DNA of 38,058 nucleotides from a virus: positions 1 through 38,058 of the IMG/VR virus record IMGVR_UViG_3300014202_000313; one strand, given 5' to 3'. Shown one piece after another: positions 8,790-17,284 of this stretch. Position numbers and translations under genes: made by a program. Numbering within the stretch: position 1 is the first letter of the stretch; every line of letters begins with the position of its first letter. The notes beneath the pieces were generated by a model. That model worked only from the letters and a program-made list of their open reading frames with translations. It was not told the DNA's origin and did no database searches.

Positions 8790-8823
8790 AAGCCGGGTCA
8801 AAGGGTTGGCGCCCTACCGGCTT
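8790..8823. other. GC-rich two-tier hairpin (aagccgg ... ccggctt; inner aggg/ccct; loop ttggcg) flanked by A/T runs
   Basis: Read directly. The architecture and the 6-nt loop resemble the hairpin at 8638-8669. A/T tracts lie on both sides, so it could be a bidirectional terminator. Confidence 0.45.
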
Positions 8824-8854
8824 AAAAATAATTTTTACAAGGAAAGTTTAACAA

Positions 8855-9427
8855 ATGAGCATTCAATTAACAAGACAAGTTCTTAAAGTTCAAGGTCTAT
8901 CTCAATCGGCAAAACACATATTAACGGTTTTATGTTTTGCATCTAATGAAAAATACGAAGCTTATTCCTCTATTAAGAAATTAACGCAAGACTGTTCGTG
9001 CAGTATAAAAACTGTTGAGCGATCTTTGAAAGAACTTAGAGATAAAAATTATTTAATTTATACAGGAAAACTTGCCCCTAATTCAAAATCCATACCTATC
9101 TATCGGATAAATTTAACGGACCCCCAAAATGGGGGTGGTTCAAATTTACGCACGGACAATTTGTCTTTTACGCACCCCCAAAATGGGTATACGGATAGAC
9201 AATATATAATAGACAATAAGATATATATAAAGGACGAAAATTTTTTATCAGAAAATGCGCGTCCTTCCAACGAAGATGGACTGTTGTTTTATTACTATAA
9301 AAATCATCCTGAATTGGAAATTCCAAAAGAACTCGAAGAAACTATGGAATATGTTAAAAGATGGCTGATAAAGACTGGATGGTTGTCGCAGGATGGAATG
9401 ACAGAACTAGTTCCTAATGGCCAATGA
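8855..9427 (+). CDS. HTH_36-type DNA-binding protein, initiator-like paralog of 26579-27529
   Basis: LSQSAKHILTVLCFASNEKYEAYSSIKKLTQDCSCSIKTVERSLKELRDKNYLIY matches the HTH_36 pattern (L...AK..L..L...AN.....PS...L......S..TV.R.L.EL). It carries intragenic PQNG/iteron repeats. Confidence 0.7.
   Translation: MSIQLTRQVLKVQGLSQSAKHILTVLCFASNEKYEAYSSIKKLTQDCSCSIKTVERSLKELRDKNYLIYTGKLAPNSKSIPIYRINLTDPQNGGGSNLRTDNLSFTHPQNGYTDRQYIIDNKIYIKDENFLSENARPSNEDGLLFYYYKNHPELEIPKELEETMEYVKRWLIKTGWLSQDGMTELVPNGQ
9120..9188. repeat. Two iteron-like repeats, ACCCCCAAAATGGG (9120-9136 and 9174-9188), each preceded by TTTACGCAC
   Basis: acggacccccaaaatgggggt and acgcacccccaaaatgggtat. The core is the same as the iterons in the other initiator gene. 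Confidence 0.6.
9195..9232. repeat. AT-rich tract with the direct repeat ATAGACAAT x2 (9195-9203, 9209-9217) next to the iterons; candidate DNA-unwinding element
   Basis: atagacaatatataatagacaataagatatatataaagg, read directly. Confidence 0.4.
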
Positions 9428-9521
9428 ATAAATGATCATTAGATGAGCAAAACAAATAGTAGAATTCCCCATCAAAAAGGCGTAATATTTATAAAATTGT
9501 TACGCAATGGATGAACCGTAG

Positions 9522-11747
9522 ATGCCTATTCAGAATCCCTATATAGTCGAATCACCCTCGATTCAAAATTTGTTCAGGGACAAAGATACTGCATTGCCAT
9601 TAGCTAATGGCGTGGTAACGTGGTATCACGATAACAATAGAACGGTTCTTAAAGATATTTACCAGCAAGTTCGTCAACCTGATGGCACTTATACGTATGT
9701 AACGCTTCCTAACCCACTTACATTAGGTTCTACGGGAACTTATGTAGATAATAGTGGGAATGACATAAACGTTTATCTATGGCCTTATATAGGGCTTCCA
9801 ACGGATGCTACGCCAGGACCTGAAGATAAGTATTATGTTACAGTTTATTCGGCTGCTCCTCCTATAGGTAATTCTTCTTTACAAGAAGTGCGCGAGAACT
9901 GGCCTCCTAATTCAGCGGGAAGTAATCTATCTGATTCTATAGAAGGTACAGAGAATCAATTAGCTAATCCTCAGTTTGTTGAAGTGTTGTTTGAGCCCGA
10001 TGTAGGTGCGGCTGATTATACGATTTCTTTGAGCGGCCCCATATCTGTCTTAGTAGCTCCGGATTGGTATATTGACGCAAATACAAATTCTAGTGGTACG
10101 GTTAGATTGGAGTGGATAAACGATATTTCGGGAACAGCCGTAAGTGACCCTCCTTATGCATTATCGATTCAAGGTGCTGGTTTAAGTTCCTTGCGATTAC
10201 GCCAGAGATTGGTTCGTAGTCCTCGATTATTTTATAACAAGTTTGTATGTGCAAGTTTGCAGGCTTCTTCTCAAGATTTTTCTCCAATGACACTTAACAT
10301 GTCTTGGATTAATTCCGATCCTTCCACGCCAATTGAATTTTTCAGTGGCAGTGTCCCGGCAAGTGGAGAGTTTGCCACATTGATAGGAACTAAACAGATT
10401 ACTGTATTGAATGTCGATAACGCAGACGATGGTTACGTAGATGTTACTATTGATGCTGGCGATCCTAATCGACATTTCCAAATAACCAGTCTTCAAGTGG
10501 TTGAAGTTCAGAGTTTGCAGTCTTCTACGCAGTTCATGCAGGAATCTACTGCTAGACAGATTGATCATTTATTCCATTACTACAAACCCGAATTGGAATA
10601 TAAACCTATTCCAAGTTATCTTGTCGGGTGGGATTTTCCGTTGAATCCAGCACAACCACTCACCTCAACAGTTAGTGCATTTGCTACGGGCGCCAACAAA
10701 TCAAACTATGTTTGGGACCAGACGATTGTTTTTCAATCCACTAACAGCGGCTTGACTTATTCCAGAAGTACAACAACGAATGGACTCAGTATTACAGGCG
10801 CTATTGCTAGTCAATTTGCAGTTGTTCAATATCTAGAGGGCGCCCAAGCACGTGAATTACTCAGTCAGCATAACGCTATTGGTATCAAAGGGGCTATTTC
10901 CACTGGAACGATTCAAGGTTACGTCAATCTTTATTGGACAACCGATACTAATCTTCCCGATATGAAAACACCTAACTTTAATTCATTGGTTTCTGGGTTA
11001 AGCGGTGGTGTTCCTGCGGTAGCTAATGGCAACTGGCAAAAAGTTACTAGAGATACATTAGGTGATGCAAATTTCTTATTAACAACAGCAGATACTGAAT
11101 TTAAATTTAGTGGATGGGATGCAACAGCAACTACAGGCGCAACTACAGCTACTTATATTGCCATTGTTGTTTCGTTTGCATCATTGCCCGTATCTTCGGT
11201 AGTGACATTGGATTATGTATCTTTAGTAGGTGGGGACATTGCTACTCGTCCTGCCCCTCAATCTCCCGATCAAGTTCTGAAACAATGTCAATATTATTAT
11301 GAAAAAAGTTGGGCACCATCAACAGCTGTAGCCTCTGTAACCACAACGAACGCCATGACTTTTTCACAGGATACGCTACTCACAGGAAGAACTCCTGTAA
11401 ATTTATATCAAACTGGCTTTGGATTTAATTTTAAAAATACAAAAAGAGCAGCCCCTGTCATGGTCTTATACTCCACCATTAGCGCAACCGCAAATGTAGT
11501 AACCGCATACATTACATATCATGGCACAGTTGGTCCCATTGATACAACTGGCTCTGGAAATGTTAACCATGCAACATACTGGACAACTTCTGCATTAAGT
11601 AGTGAAGCTGTTTCATTTTCTCCTGTTACAGCCCAAATAAACAACACTCCATTTAGTCTTAACAATGGAGGAAGCACTTTTACGGCTGCAGCAGCATGGC
11701 TATCATTTCAATACACGTTAGATTCTAGATTAGGAATTGTTCTATAG
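9522..11747 (+). CDS. Large tail fiber / tailspike-like receptor-binding protein (741 aa)
   Basis: First large gene after the ejection proteins and the island (the P22 gp9 position). The composition is Ser/Thr/Asn/Gly-rich. No catalytic motif was recognised. Confidence 0.5.
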   Translation: MPIQNPYIVESPSIQNLFRDKDTALPLANGVVTWYHDNNRTVLKDIYQQVRQPDGTYTYVTLPNPLTLGSTGTYVDNSGNDINVYLWPYIGLPTDATPGPEDKYYVTVYSAAPPIGNSSLQEVRENWPPNSAGSNLSDSIEGTENQLANPQFVEVLFEPDVGAADYTISLSGPISVLVAPDWYIDANTNSSGTVRLEWINDISGTAVSDPPYALSIQGAGLSSLRLRQRLVRSPRLFYNKFVCASLQASSQDFSPMTLNMSWINSDPSTPIEFFSGSVPASGEFATLIGTKQITVLNVDNADDGYVDVTIDAGDPNRHFQITSLQVVEVQSLQSSTQFMQESTARQIDHLFHYYKPELEYKPIPSYLVGWDFPLNPAQPLTSTVSAFATGANKSNYVWDQTIVFQSTNSGLTYSRSTTTNGLSITGAIASQFAVVQYLEGAQARELLSQHNAIGIKGAISTGTIQGYVNLYWTTDTNLPDMKTPNFNSLVSGLSGGVPAVANGNWQKVTRDTLGDANFLLTTADTEFKFSGWDATATTGATTATYIAIVVSFASLPVSSVVTLDYVSLVGGDIATRPAPQSPDQVLKQCQYYYEKSWAPSTAVASVTTTNAMTFSQDTLLTGRTPVNLYQTGFGFNFKNTKRAAPVMVLYSTISATANVVTAYITYHGTVGPIDTTGSGNVNHATYWTTSALSSEAVSFSPVTAQINNTPFSLNNGGSTFTAAAAWLSFQYTLDSRLGIVL

Positions 11748-11755
11748 GGGATGTT

Positions 11756-12685
11756 ATGGCACAAGTTATTATAAGTAAATTACCTCCTCTTCCTGATGGT
11801 ACTGGAACAGGCATTCCTAAAGGAACTGATTTAACGCCTGCAACTGATACTACAGATTTGACCGAAGCTGCTACTGGAACTACTAAGAAATACACACGGT
11901 CTAGAGAATTCAATTATTATTTAACTGCTCAAGGATATACATGTGTTGAAGAGGCCTGTCGAGTAGCTACACCTACCGCATTGATAGCAACTTATCTGAA
12001 TGGGTCTGCTGGAGTTGGAGCTACTTTGACTAATGCAGGTGCCTTAACAGCATTAGTAGTTGATGGAGTTGTTCTGTCGATTGGCGATAGAGTTTTAGTA
12101 AAGAATCAGGCTTCAAGTTTCGAAAACGGTATTTATGCAGTTACAGCGATTGGTTCTGATTTGGCTAATTGGATATTAACGCGAGCGACTGATTATGATC
12201 AAGCTCCTGATATTATTGAAGACCAAGTTATTTTAGTTAATCAAGGTGCAACATATACGGGAAAAGCTTTTCAAGAGACCTCCCCTAGCCCATCTATAAT
12301 AGGGACAAGCCCTATAACTTTTGCGTTGATGGGAACAACATCCAATACTAATTTTACATGGATTACAGTTTCTGATACTTCGGAACAAATGACTGCTAAT
12401 AATGGCTATATTCCGAATAATGCTGGATTGGTAACATTAGTATTGCCGACTACATCCGAAGTGGGCGCGGAGATTAAGATTGCTGGCCAAGGTGCTGGTG
12501 GCTGGGTAATTATTCAAGGAGCTGCGCAGCAAATTCACATTGGAAGCACTGCTTCAACTTTGGGTGCGTCAGGAAGTGTTGCATCTAGTGGTCAATATGA
12601 TTCGTTATATTTGGTTTGTATTGTTGCTTCTACTATTTGGACAACGGTTGGCGGTCCTCAGTCTATTGGTTTAACGATTTTATAA
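11756..12685 (+). CDS. Tail fiber protein with a C-terminal knob domain shared with 13251-14348 and 14394-15608
   Basis: The central segment DRVLVKNQASSFENGIYAVT...W.LTRATDYD is fiber-like. The C-terminus is LVLPTTSEVGAEIKIAGQGAGGWVI...DSLYLVCIVASTIW. Confidence 0.6.
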   Translation: MAQVIISKLPPLPDGTGTGIPKGTDLTPATDTTDLTEAATGTTKKYTRSREFNYYLTAQGYTCVEEACRVATPTALIATYLNGSAGVGATLTNAGALTALVVDGVVLSIGDRVLVKNQASSFENGIYAVTAIGSDLANWILTRATDYDQAPDIIEDQVILVNQGATYTGKAFQETSPSPSIIGTSPITFALMGTTSNTNFTWITVSDTSEQMTANNGYIPNNAGLVTLVLPTTSEVGAEIKIAGQGAGGWVIIQGAAQQIHIGSTASTLGASGSVASSGQYDSLYLVCIVASTIWTTVGGPQSIGLTIL

Positions 12686-12692
12686 GGAACAT

Positions 12693-13058
12693 ATGATGTC
12701 TACTAAATTTCAAATGACGCGTGATATCAACGGATATAATGGTTTTGGGATTATGCCATCTGACGATATTCAGACAGGCATACTGGCGACAAGTACTGCG
12801 CAAAGCATTGTAGTTCCAGATAATTTTGAAAACTGGATTGCTATTTTCAGTTATACCCCAGGAGCTTCTGTTTGGGTTAGTTTTAAAACAACAGCGGTCG
12901 TGCCAAGTGGCGCATTTTCTGCTTCTGCCTCTACTTTAAATCCTGCTGCTCGTCAAGTTAAGGCTGGACAAACCATTAGCTTAATAACTGATGATTCAAC
13001 GAATCCAGAGGTTTCGGTGGAATTTCAGGCAATATTGCCTTACACGAGAACAAACTAA
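12693..13058 (+). CDS. Hypothetical tail-module protein (121 aa)
   Basis: A compact ORF inside the fiber cluster with no recognisable motif. Confidence 0.55.
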   Translation: MMSTKFQMTRDINGYNGFGIMPSDDIQTGILATSTAQSIVVPDNFENWIAIFSYTPGASVWVSFKTTAVVPSGAFSASASTLNPAARQVKAGQTISLITDDSTNPEVSVEFQAILPYTRTN

Positions 13059-13060
13059 TT

Positions 13061-13246
13061 ATGGGAATACTTCAGAATCCATTAGGTATTAATCTTACAA
13101 ATCACGATCCGATTAAAGATTCGCCTTTTAATGATGTATTCGGAGAAGGTGAAGCTCATCCCCCTCCTGGAACTAGTCGCATGATTACGGAGACAGGAAT
13201 ATTTATGATTACTGAAGTTACATTAGACCACATGATAACGGAGTAG
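13061..13246 (+). CDS. Hypothetical microprotein (61 aa) with three MITE tetrapeptides at its C-terminus
   Basis: RMITETGIFMITEVTLDHMITE. It is tightly packed between neighbouring genes. Confidence 0.45.
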   Translation: MGILQNPLGINLTNHDPIKDSPFNDVFGEGEAHPPPGTSRMITETGIFMITEVTLDHMITE

Positions 13247-13250
13247 CTAT

Positions 13251-14348
13251 ATGGCAGATATAAAGTGGAGTGCATTTCCTTCAGTTGGAAATTTAGCTAC
13301 TGGAGACATACTAGTAGGTCTTAGAGCGGGCGCAAATGCTCAATTTAGCGCTTTAACTATTCCTTGGACAGTCCCTAATGGTGGAACAGGAAATACTACT
13401 TTTACAGCTTATTCTCTAATATGCGCAGGGACGACTGCTACAGGAACTTTTCAGAATGTATCCGGAGTTGGGACGGCAAATCAGGTATTGACTTCAAATG
13501 GAGCTGGACAACTTCCTAGTTGGCAAAACGTGCCTGGAATAACAGGACAAGCTTTAACTAGAACCGACGACACCAATGTCACATTAACACTGGGAGGAAC
13601 TCCTGCCACTGCATTACTTGAAAGTACAAGTTTGACGCTTGGATGGACAGGAACATTGTCACTAGCTAGGGGTGGTACAGGTGCAAGTTTAACGGCATCT
13701 GATGGTGGAATTTTTTATAGCACTGCCTCTTCTGGGGCCATCTTATCAGGGACTTCCACAGCACAGCAATTATTGATGTCTGGTGCATCTGCGGCTCCTT
13801 CTTGGTCTACTTCTACTTATCCAACGACGAATGCCATTAACACACTCCTGTACGCTTCTAGCGCTAATGTTATGGCAGCCCTAGCAACTGCTGTTAATGG
13901 CGTATTGATTACTAGCAATACGGGAACTCCTTCTTGGCTAGCCAATAGCGGCACGGCAGGATTTGTATTGACGGCGAATAGTGGAGCGCCTCCATCTTGG
14001 CAGCCAAATTCCTCAGGCGGTCTTGAATGGATAGAAGCCCCTTCAGCAAGTTTTACGGCTACTGTAAACACTGGTTACTATACCAAGGGAGGGACACCTA
14101 TTGAAATGCTATTGCCGGAAATAGCCGCTGCTGGAACTGTAATAGGAATTGTGGGAGGAGGAATTGGTTGGAGCATTAAGCCTAATGCGGCACAACTAAT
14201 TTATGTATTAGATGCAGTGTCTGCCACATACCCAACAGGAGCCGTTAATTCTACTTCTTCTTTTGATGCCGTTGAATTGTTATGTGTGACAGCCAATACG
14301 GATTGGGTTGCTCGCTCTATTGTTTCTTCTGGATTAGACGTTCAATAA
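13251..14348 (+). CDS. Tail fiber protein with internal ...G.(L/P)PSW... repeats and the shared knob domain
   Basis: Repeats QVLTSNGAGQLPSWQNV, QLLMSGASAAPSWSTS, VLITSNTGTPSWLAN and VLTANSGAPPSWQPN. The C-terminus is MLLPEIAAAGTVIGIVGGGIGWSI...DAVELLCVTANTDW. Confidence 0.65.
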   Translation: MADIKWSAFPSVGNLATGDILVGLRAGANAQFSALTIPWTVPNGGTGNTTFTAYSLICAGTTATGTFQNVSGVGTANQVLTSNGAGQLPSWQNVPGITGQALTRTDDTNVTLTLGGTPATALLESTSLTLGWTGTLSLARGGTGASLTASDGGIFYSTASSGAILSGTSTAQQLLMSGASAAPSWSTSTYPTTNAINTLLYASSANVMAALATAVNGVLITSNTGTPSWLANSGTAGFVLTANSGAPPSWQPNSSGGLEWIEAPSASFTATVNTGYYTKGGTPIEMLLPEIAAAGTVIGIVGGGIGWSIKPNAAQLIYVLDAVSATYPTGAVNSTSSFDAVELLCVTANTDWVARSIVSSGLDVQ

Positions 14349-14393
14349 TGGTGAAAACAGTAATTATAATTAATAGATTGTAAGGGGAATTAA

Positions 14394-15608
14394 ATGGCTA
14401 TACAAAGTGCTGTATCAAATCAAGTTTTAACAACATCATCTACCCCTGCTTTTGTGAACGTACTTGAAGGATTCACTTCTACGGCTACGGCTGGAGGAAC
14501 TACTGTATTAACGGCAACTAGCACTCATACGCAGGAGTTTACTGGTAGTACTACTCAGACAGTTACTATGCCCGTGACATCCACATTGCAAGCAGGTCAG
14601 CAGTTTTACATTGTAAATAATTCTAGTGGCACAGTAACTGTTCAATCTTCTGGTGCCAATACTATCCAAGCAATGGGCGCGGATACATCTTTATTGTTAA
14701 CTTGTGTTTTAACAAGTGGGACTACTGCATCCAGTTGGAATAGTACTTATTTTTCTGATACAGGATATGTGCAATCTGTTTTGGGAACTTCTAATCGGAT
14801 AACTTCAAGTGGCGGAAGTAACCCTGTTATTGATATCGCGAGTACATATGTTGGCCAAACATCCATTACCACGTTAGGTACCATAACTTCCGGAACATGG
14901 AATGCTACACCGATTGATTTAGCCACTTATGTTAGTGGAAATCTTTCAGTTAGTCATTTGAATTCTGGTACCAGTGCGTCTTCATCTACATTTTGGCGTG
15001 GTGATGGGACATGGGCCGCTCCATCTGGATCTGGAACTGTTAATTCTGGACTAATTAATCAATTGGCCTGGTATGCCGGCAATGGAACTGCGGTATCTGG
15101 TTTGACTACTGCTAATAATGGAATTCTTGTAACAAGCGCAGCAGGAGTTCCTAGTATAGGCAATACAGTAGGTGCTGGGTTGACCATGCCAAGTATAACT
15201 TTCAATAGCACAACGGAAATTGTTGGCACCACTACGAATAATAATGCTGCTACTGGGAGTGTTGGTGAATTTGTTTCTAGCACTATTTTGGCTGGATCGG
15301 CTGTTGGTGTGAGTAATGCCACAGCAGCTAATGTCACTTCTATTAGTCTATCCGCTGGTGATTGGGATTTATATGGCAATGTAGGCGCTGGAGGCACGAC
15401 AGTTTCACAGTCACTCGCATGGATTAGTTTAGTGAGCTCTACTGTCCCCGATTTGTCTTTAGTTGGGGGAGCCCCATATAACTTTGTATATGCCCCATAT
15501 ACCCGAATCTCTTTAAGTGGAACTACAACTGTGTATTTGAGTACGAGGGTGACCGGAACAGGATCTCTGACAGCTTATGGAAATATCTACGCCAGAAGAG
15601 CTCGTTAA
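14394..15608 (+). CDS. Tail fiber protein (knob-like domain at the N-terminus, fiber motif in the middle)
   Basis: TMPVTSTLQAGQQFYIVNNSSGTVTVQ...SLLLTCVLTSGTTASSW, plus SASSSTFWRGDGTWAAPSG, which is typical of phage fibers. Confidence 0.65.
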   Translation: MAIQSAVSNQVLTTSSTPAFVNVLEGFTSTATAGGTTVLTATSTHTQEFTGSTTQTVTMPVTSTLQAGQQFYIVNNSSGTVTVQSSGANTIQAMGADTSLLLTCVLTSGTTASSWNSTYFSDTGYVQSVLGTSNRITSSGGSNPVIDIASTYVGQTSITTLGTITSGTWNATPIDLATYVSGNLSVSHLNSGTSASSSTFWRGDGTWAAPSGSGTVNSGLINQLAWYAGNGTAVSGLTTANNGILVTSAAGVPSIGNTVGAGLTMPSITFNSTTEIVGTTTNNNAATGSVGEFVSSTILAGSAVGVSNATAANVTSISLSAGDWDLYGNVGAGGTTVSQSLAWISLVSSTVPDLSLVGGAPYNFVYAPYTRISLSGTTTVYLSTRVTGTGSLTAYGNIYARRAR

Positions 15609-15678
15609 TTTCAATAAGACATAAATGTATTTTATAGATAATGCATATAAAATTTAAATAACATAACAAGGAAATATT

Positions 15679-16962
15679 ATGCCAATATTAAACATACAAA
15701 CGAGCCAAGTAGGTCAAGTTGGCGTAATGCCAAATATAGCTTACATTGCAACTAACGACACATTAGCTCAAGTTACCGCTACTGGATACCTGAACCAAGC
15801 AGTGCAAAATGGAGCTTCATTCTATGATAGCACCATGTGTCTTGTTACAACAAAAGCTTCTCCTTCTGCAACTTCTGTGGAAGTAGCATGGCTTGAAATA
15901 TCGCATGTAGGAACGAACTGGTCTTTAGTTCCATCGGGCGCTCCTGGTTCAGTTGATTTGCCAACCATCGCTAATCATATCGCTACTTATACAAATACAA
16001 CTGGTAATTTAAGTGAAGATGCACCTACTGCAATTAACAACGGGAATATTCAAGCCGGCATTTCAGGAAGCGCAGGATATTTTGCAAGTTTCCCAAGCGC
16101 TGCTAGTAAGGGCTCATTAAGATTGGCCGCTGTTGCTAATACAAATGACACAGTCACCACTTTAAGCAACGCCGCAATGGGTCAAGCATCTGTGGTTTCT
16201 ATACCTGATCCAGCTAATGCGGTAGGTCGTTTATTGATTGGCGCGAGCGCTACTCCATTTGTTAGCGGAAACTTCCCAATGAATTCAGGCACAGGTGGCT
16301 TGATGGTTGATTCTGGAGTGGCCGTATCTTCATTAGCAACTACTGCAAACGTGGTTCTATTAACACCTGTGGGCAGTCAAACTATTACTGTTGGGAATCT
16401 AATTATAAGTGCGGGCTCTCTTCAAAGTGGCGTTTCGACTGGTGGATTTGTTGGGAATATTGTTGCTTACCCAACTACTGCTACTTCTGGAAATATACAA
16501 TTGCTTGCTGCAGTTAACGGCTCTGGAAACTTTGGAACAGCTATATCCAATGCAACTACTCAAGCGCAAGCTCAAGTAATTACTGTTCCAAGTGCCGGTG
16601 CGGCCACAGGTCAATTTTTGATTGGTGCTGGTGCTACGCCATTTGTTTCTGGTAACTTCCCCGTTGCTAGCGGAACTGGTGGGTTGATGATTGATTCTGG
16701 TATGGCAGCTACCGCTATTCAGAATAAGAATAATATTCTAGCCGTTCGGAGCGCAGATGTGGGTGGAGCGGGTGCTACCGTAGTCGTTACGCAAGTTGGC
16801 GTAGTTGCTACGAGCGTTGTTGTGGTTAATATTGTTAGCTCGACTAACCCTGTTGAAGTGCAAACAGTTTCTCCTGGAACAGGGGATTTTACAGTGGTGT
16901 TTACTGGCGATCCAGGAGCAAGTTGCATACTTAATTATGTTGCTTTCCCTAACCAACAATAA
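15679..16962 (+). CDS. Tail fiber protein with an internal duplication
   Basis: LLIGASATPFVSGNFPMNSGTGGLMVDSG and FLIGAGATPFVSGNFPVASGTGGLMIDSG. It is the last fiber gene and is followed by a terminator. Confidence 0.6.
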   Translation: MPILNIQTSQVGQVGVMPNIAYIATNDTLAQVTATGYLNQAVQNGASFYDSTMCLVTTKASPSATSVEVAWLEISHVGTNWSLVPSGAPGSVDLPTIANHIATYTNTTGNLSEDAPTAINNGNIQAGISGSAGYFASFPSAASKGSLRLAAVANTNDTVTTLSNAAMGQASVVSIPDPANAVGRLLIGASATPFVSGNFPMNSGTGGLMVDSGVAVSSLATTANVVLLTPVGSQTITVGNLIISAGSLQSGVSTGGFVGNIVAYPTTATSGNIQLLAAVNGSGNFGTAISNATTQAQAQVITVPSAGAATGQFLIGAGATPFVSGNFPVASGTGGLMIDSGMAATAIQNKNNILAVRSADVGGAGATVVVTQVGVVATSVVVVNIVSSTNPVEVQTVSPGTGDFTVVFTGDPGASCILNYVAFPNQQ

Positions 16963-16975
16963 GTCTATATAATAT

Positions 16976-17007
16976 AATACGCATCATACGTAAGAATGGT
17001 GCGTATT
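16976..17007 (+). terminator. Hairpin terminator after the fiber cluster
   Basis: aatacgcatcat / acgtaaga / atggtgcgtatt gives a 12-bp stem with one G-U pair, followed by ataatt. Confidence 0.55.
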
Positions 17008-17029
17008 ATAATTAACCATGGAGAAGTAA

Positions 17030-17203
17030 ATGTTAGATAAAATCACTGCACGAATTCAAGAATTAGAAAGAGCATTGGAGCAAAGTGCTGCTCAGCACAA
17101 TGCATTGCTTGGATCCATGCAAGAAGCCAAAAATATGTTGCAACTTGCTATGACTGCCGAAAAAGAAGTAGAAGACGTTGCAGAATTAGTAGAAGCATTG
17201 TAA
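17030..17203 (+). CDS. Small coiled-coil protein (57 aa); not in the ORF track
   Basis: GGAGAAG RBS 6 nt before the ATG. The protein is MLDKITARIQELERALEQSAAQHNALLGSMQEAKNMLQLAMTAEKEVEDVAELVEAL and has no TM segment. Confidence 0.55.
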   Translation: MLDKITARIQELERALEQSAAQHNALLGSMQEAKNMLQLAMTAEKEVEDVAELVEAL

Positions 17204-17210
17204 TATCAGT

Positions 17211-17266
17211 TAGCGGGTCAGTTTTGTGCTTCCGTACTCACATCCACTCCTTTTTCTGGCCCGCTA
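17211..17266 (+). other. 11-bp long-range stem (tagcgggtcag / ctggcccgcta) enclosing 34 nt, just upstream of the endolysin gene
   Basis: Read directly; it contains one G-U pair. Its function is unknown. Confidence 0.35.
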
Positions 17267-17284
17267 AAACCAAATGGATATCAA

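Noticed and set aside
15059-15397. Antisense ORFs inside fiber, portal, scaffold and capsid genes (for example 15059-15397, 10227-10568, 13817-14071, 33434-33811, 35217-35525, 37148-37501)
   Set aside because: They lie opposite long, well-supported genes and lack RBSs. They arise from codon-biased or low-complexity sequence.
15679-16962. A diversity-generating retroelement (template/variable repeat) suggested by the internal duplication in the fiber gene
   Set aside because: No reverse transcriptase is present anywhere in the genome. The two copies differ at many synonymous positions of all base types and not specifically at adenines.
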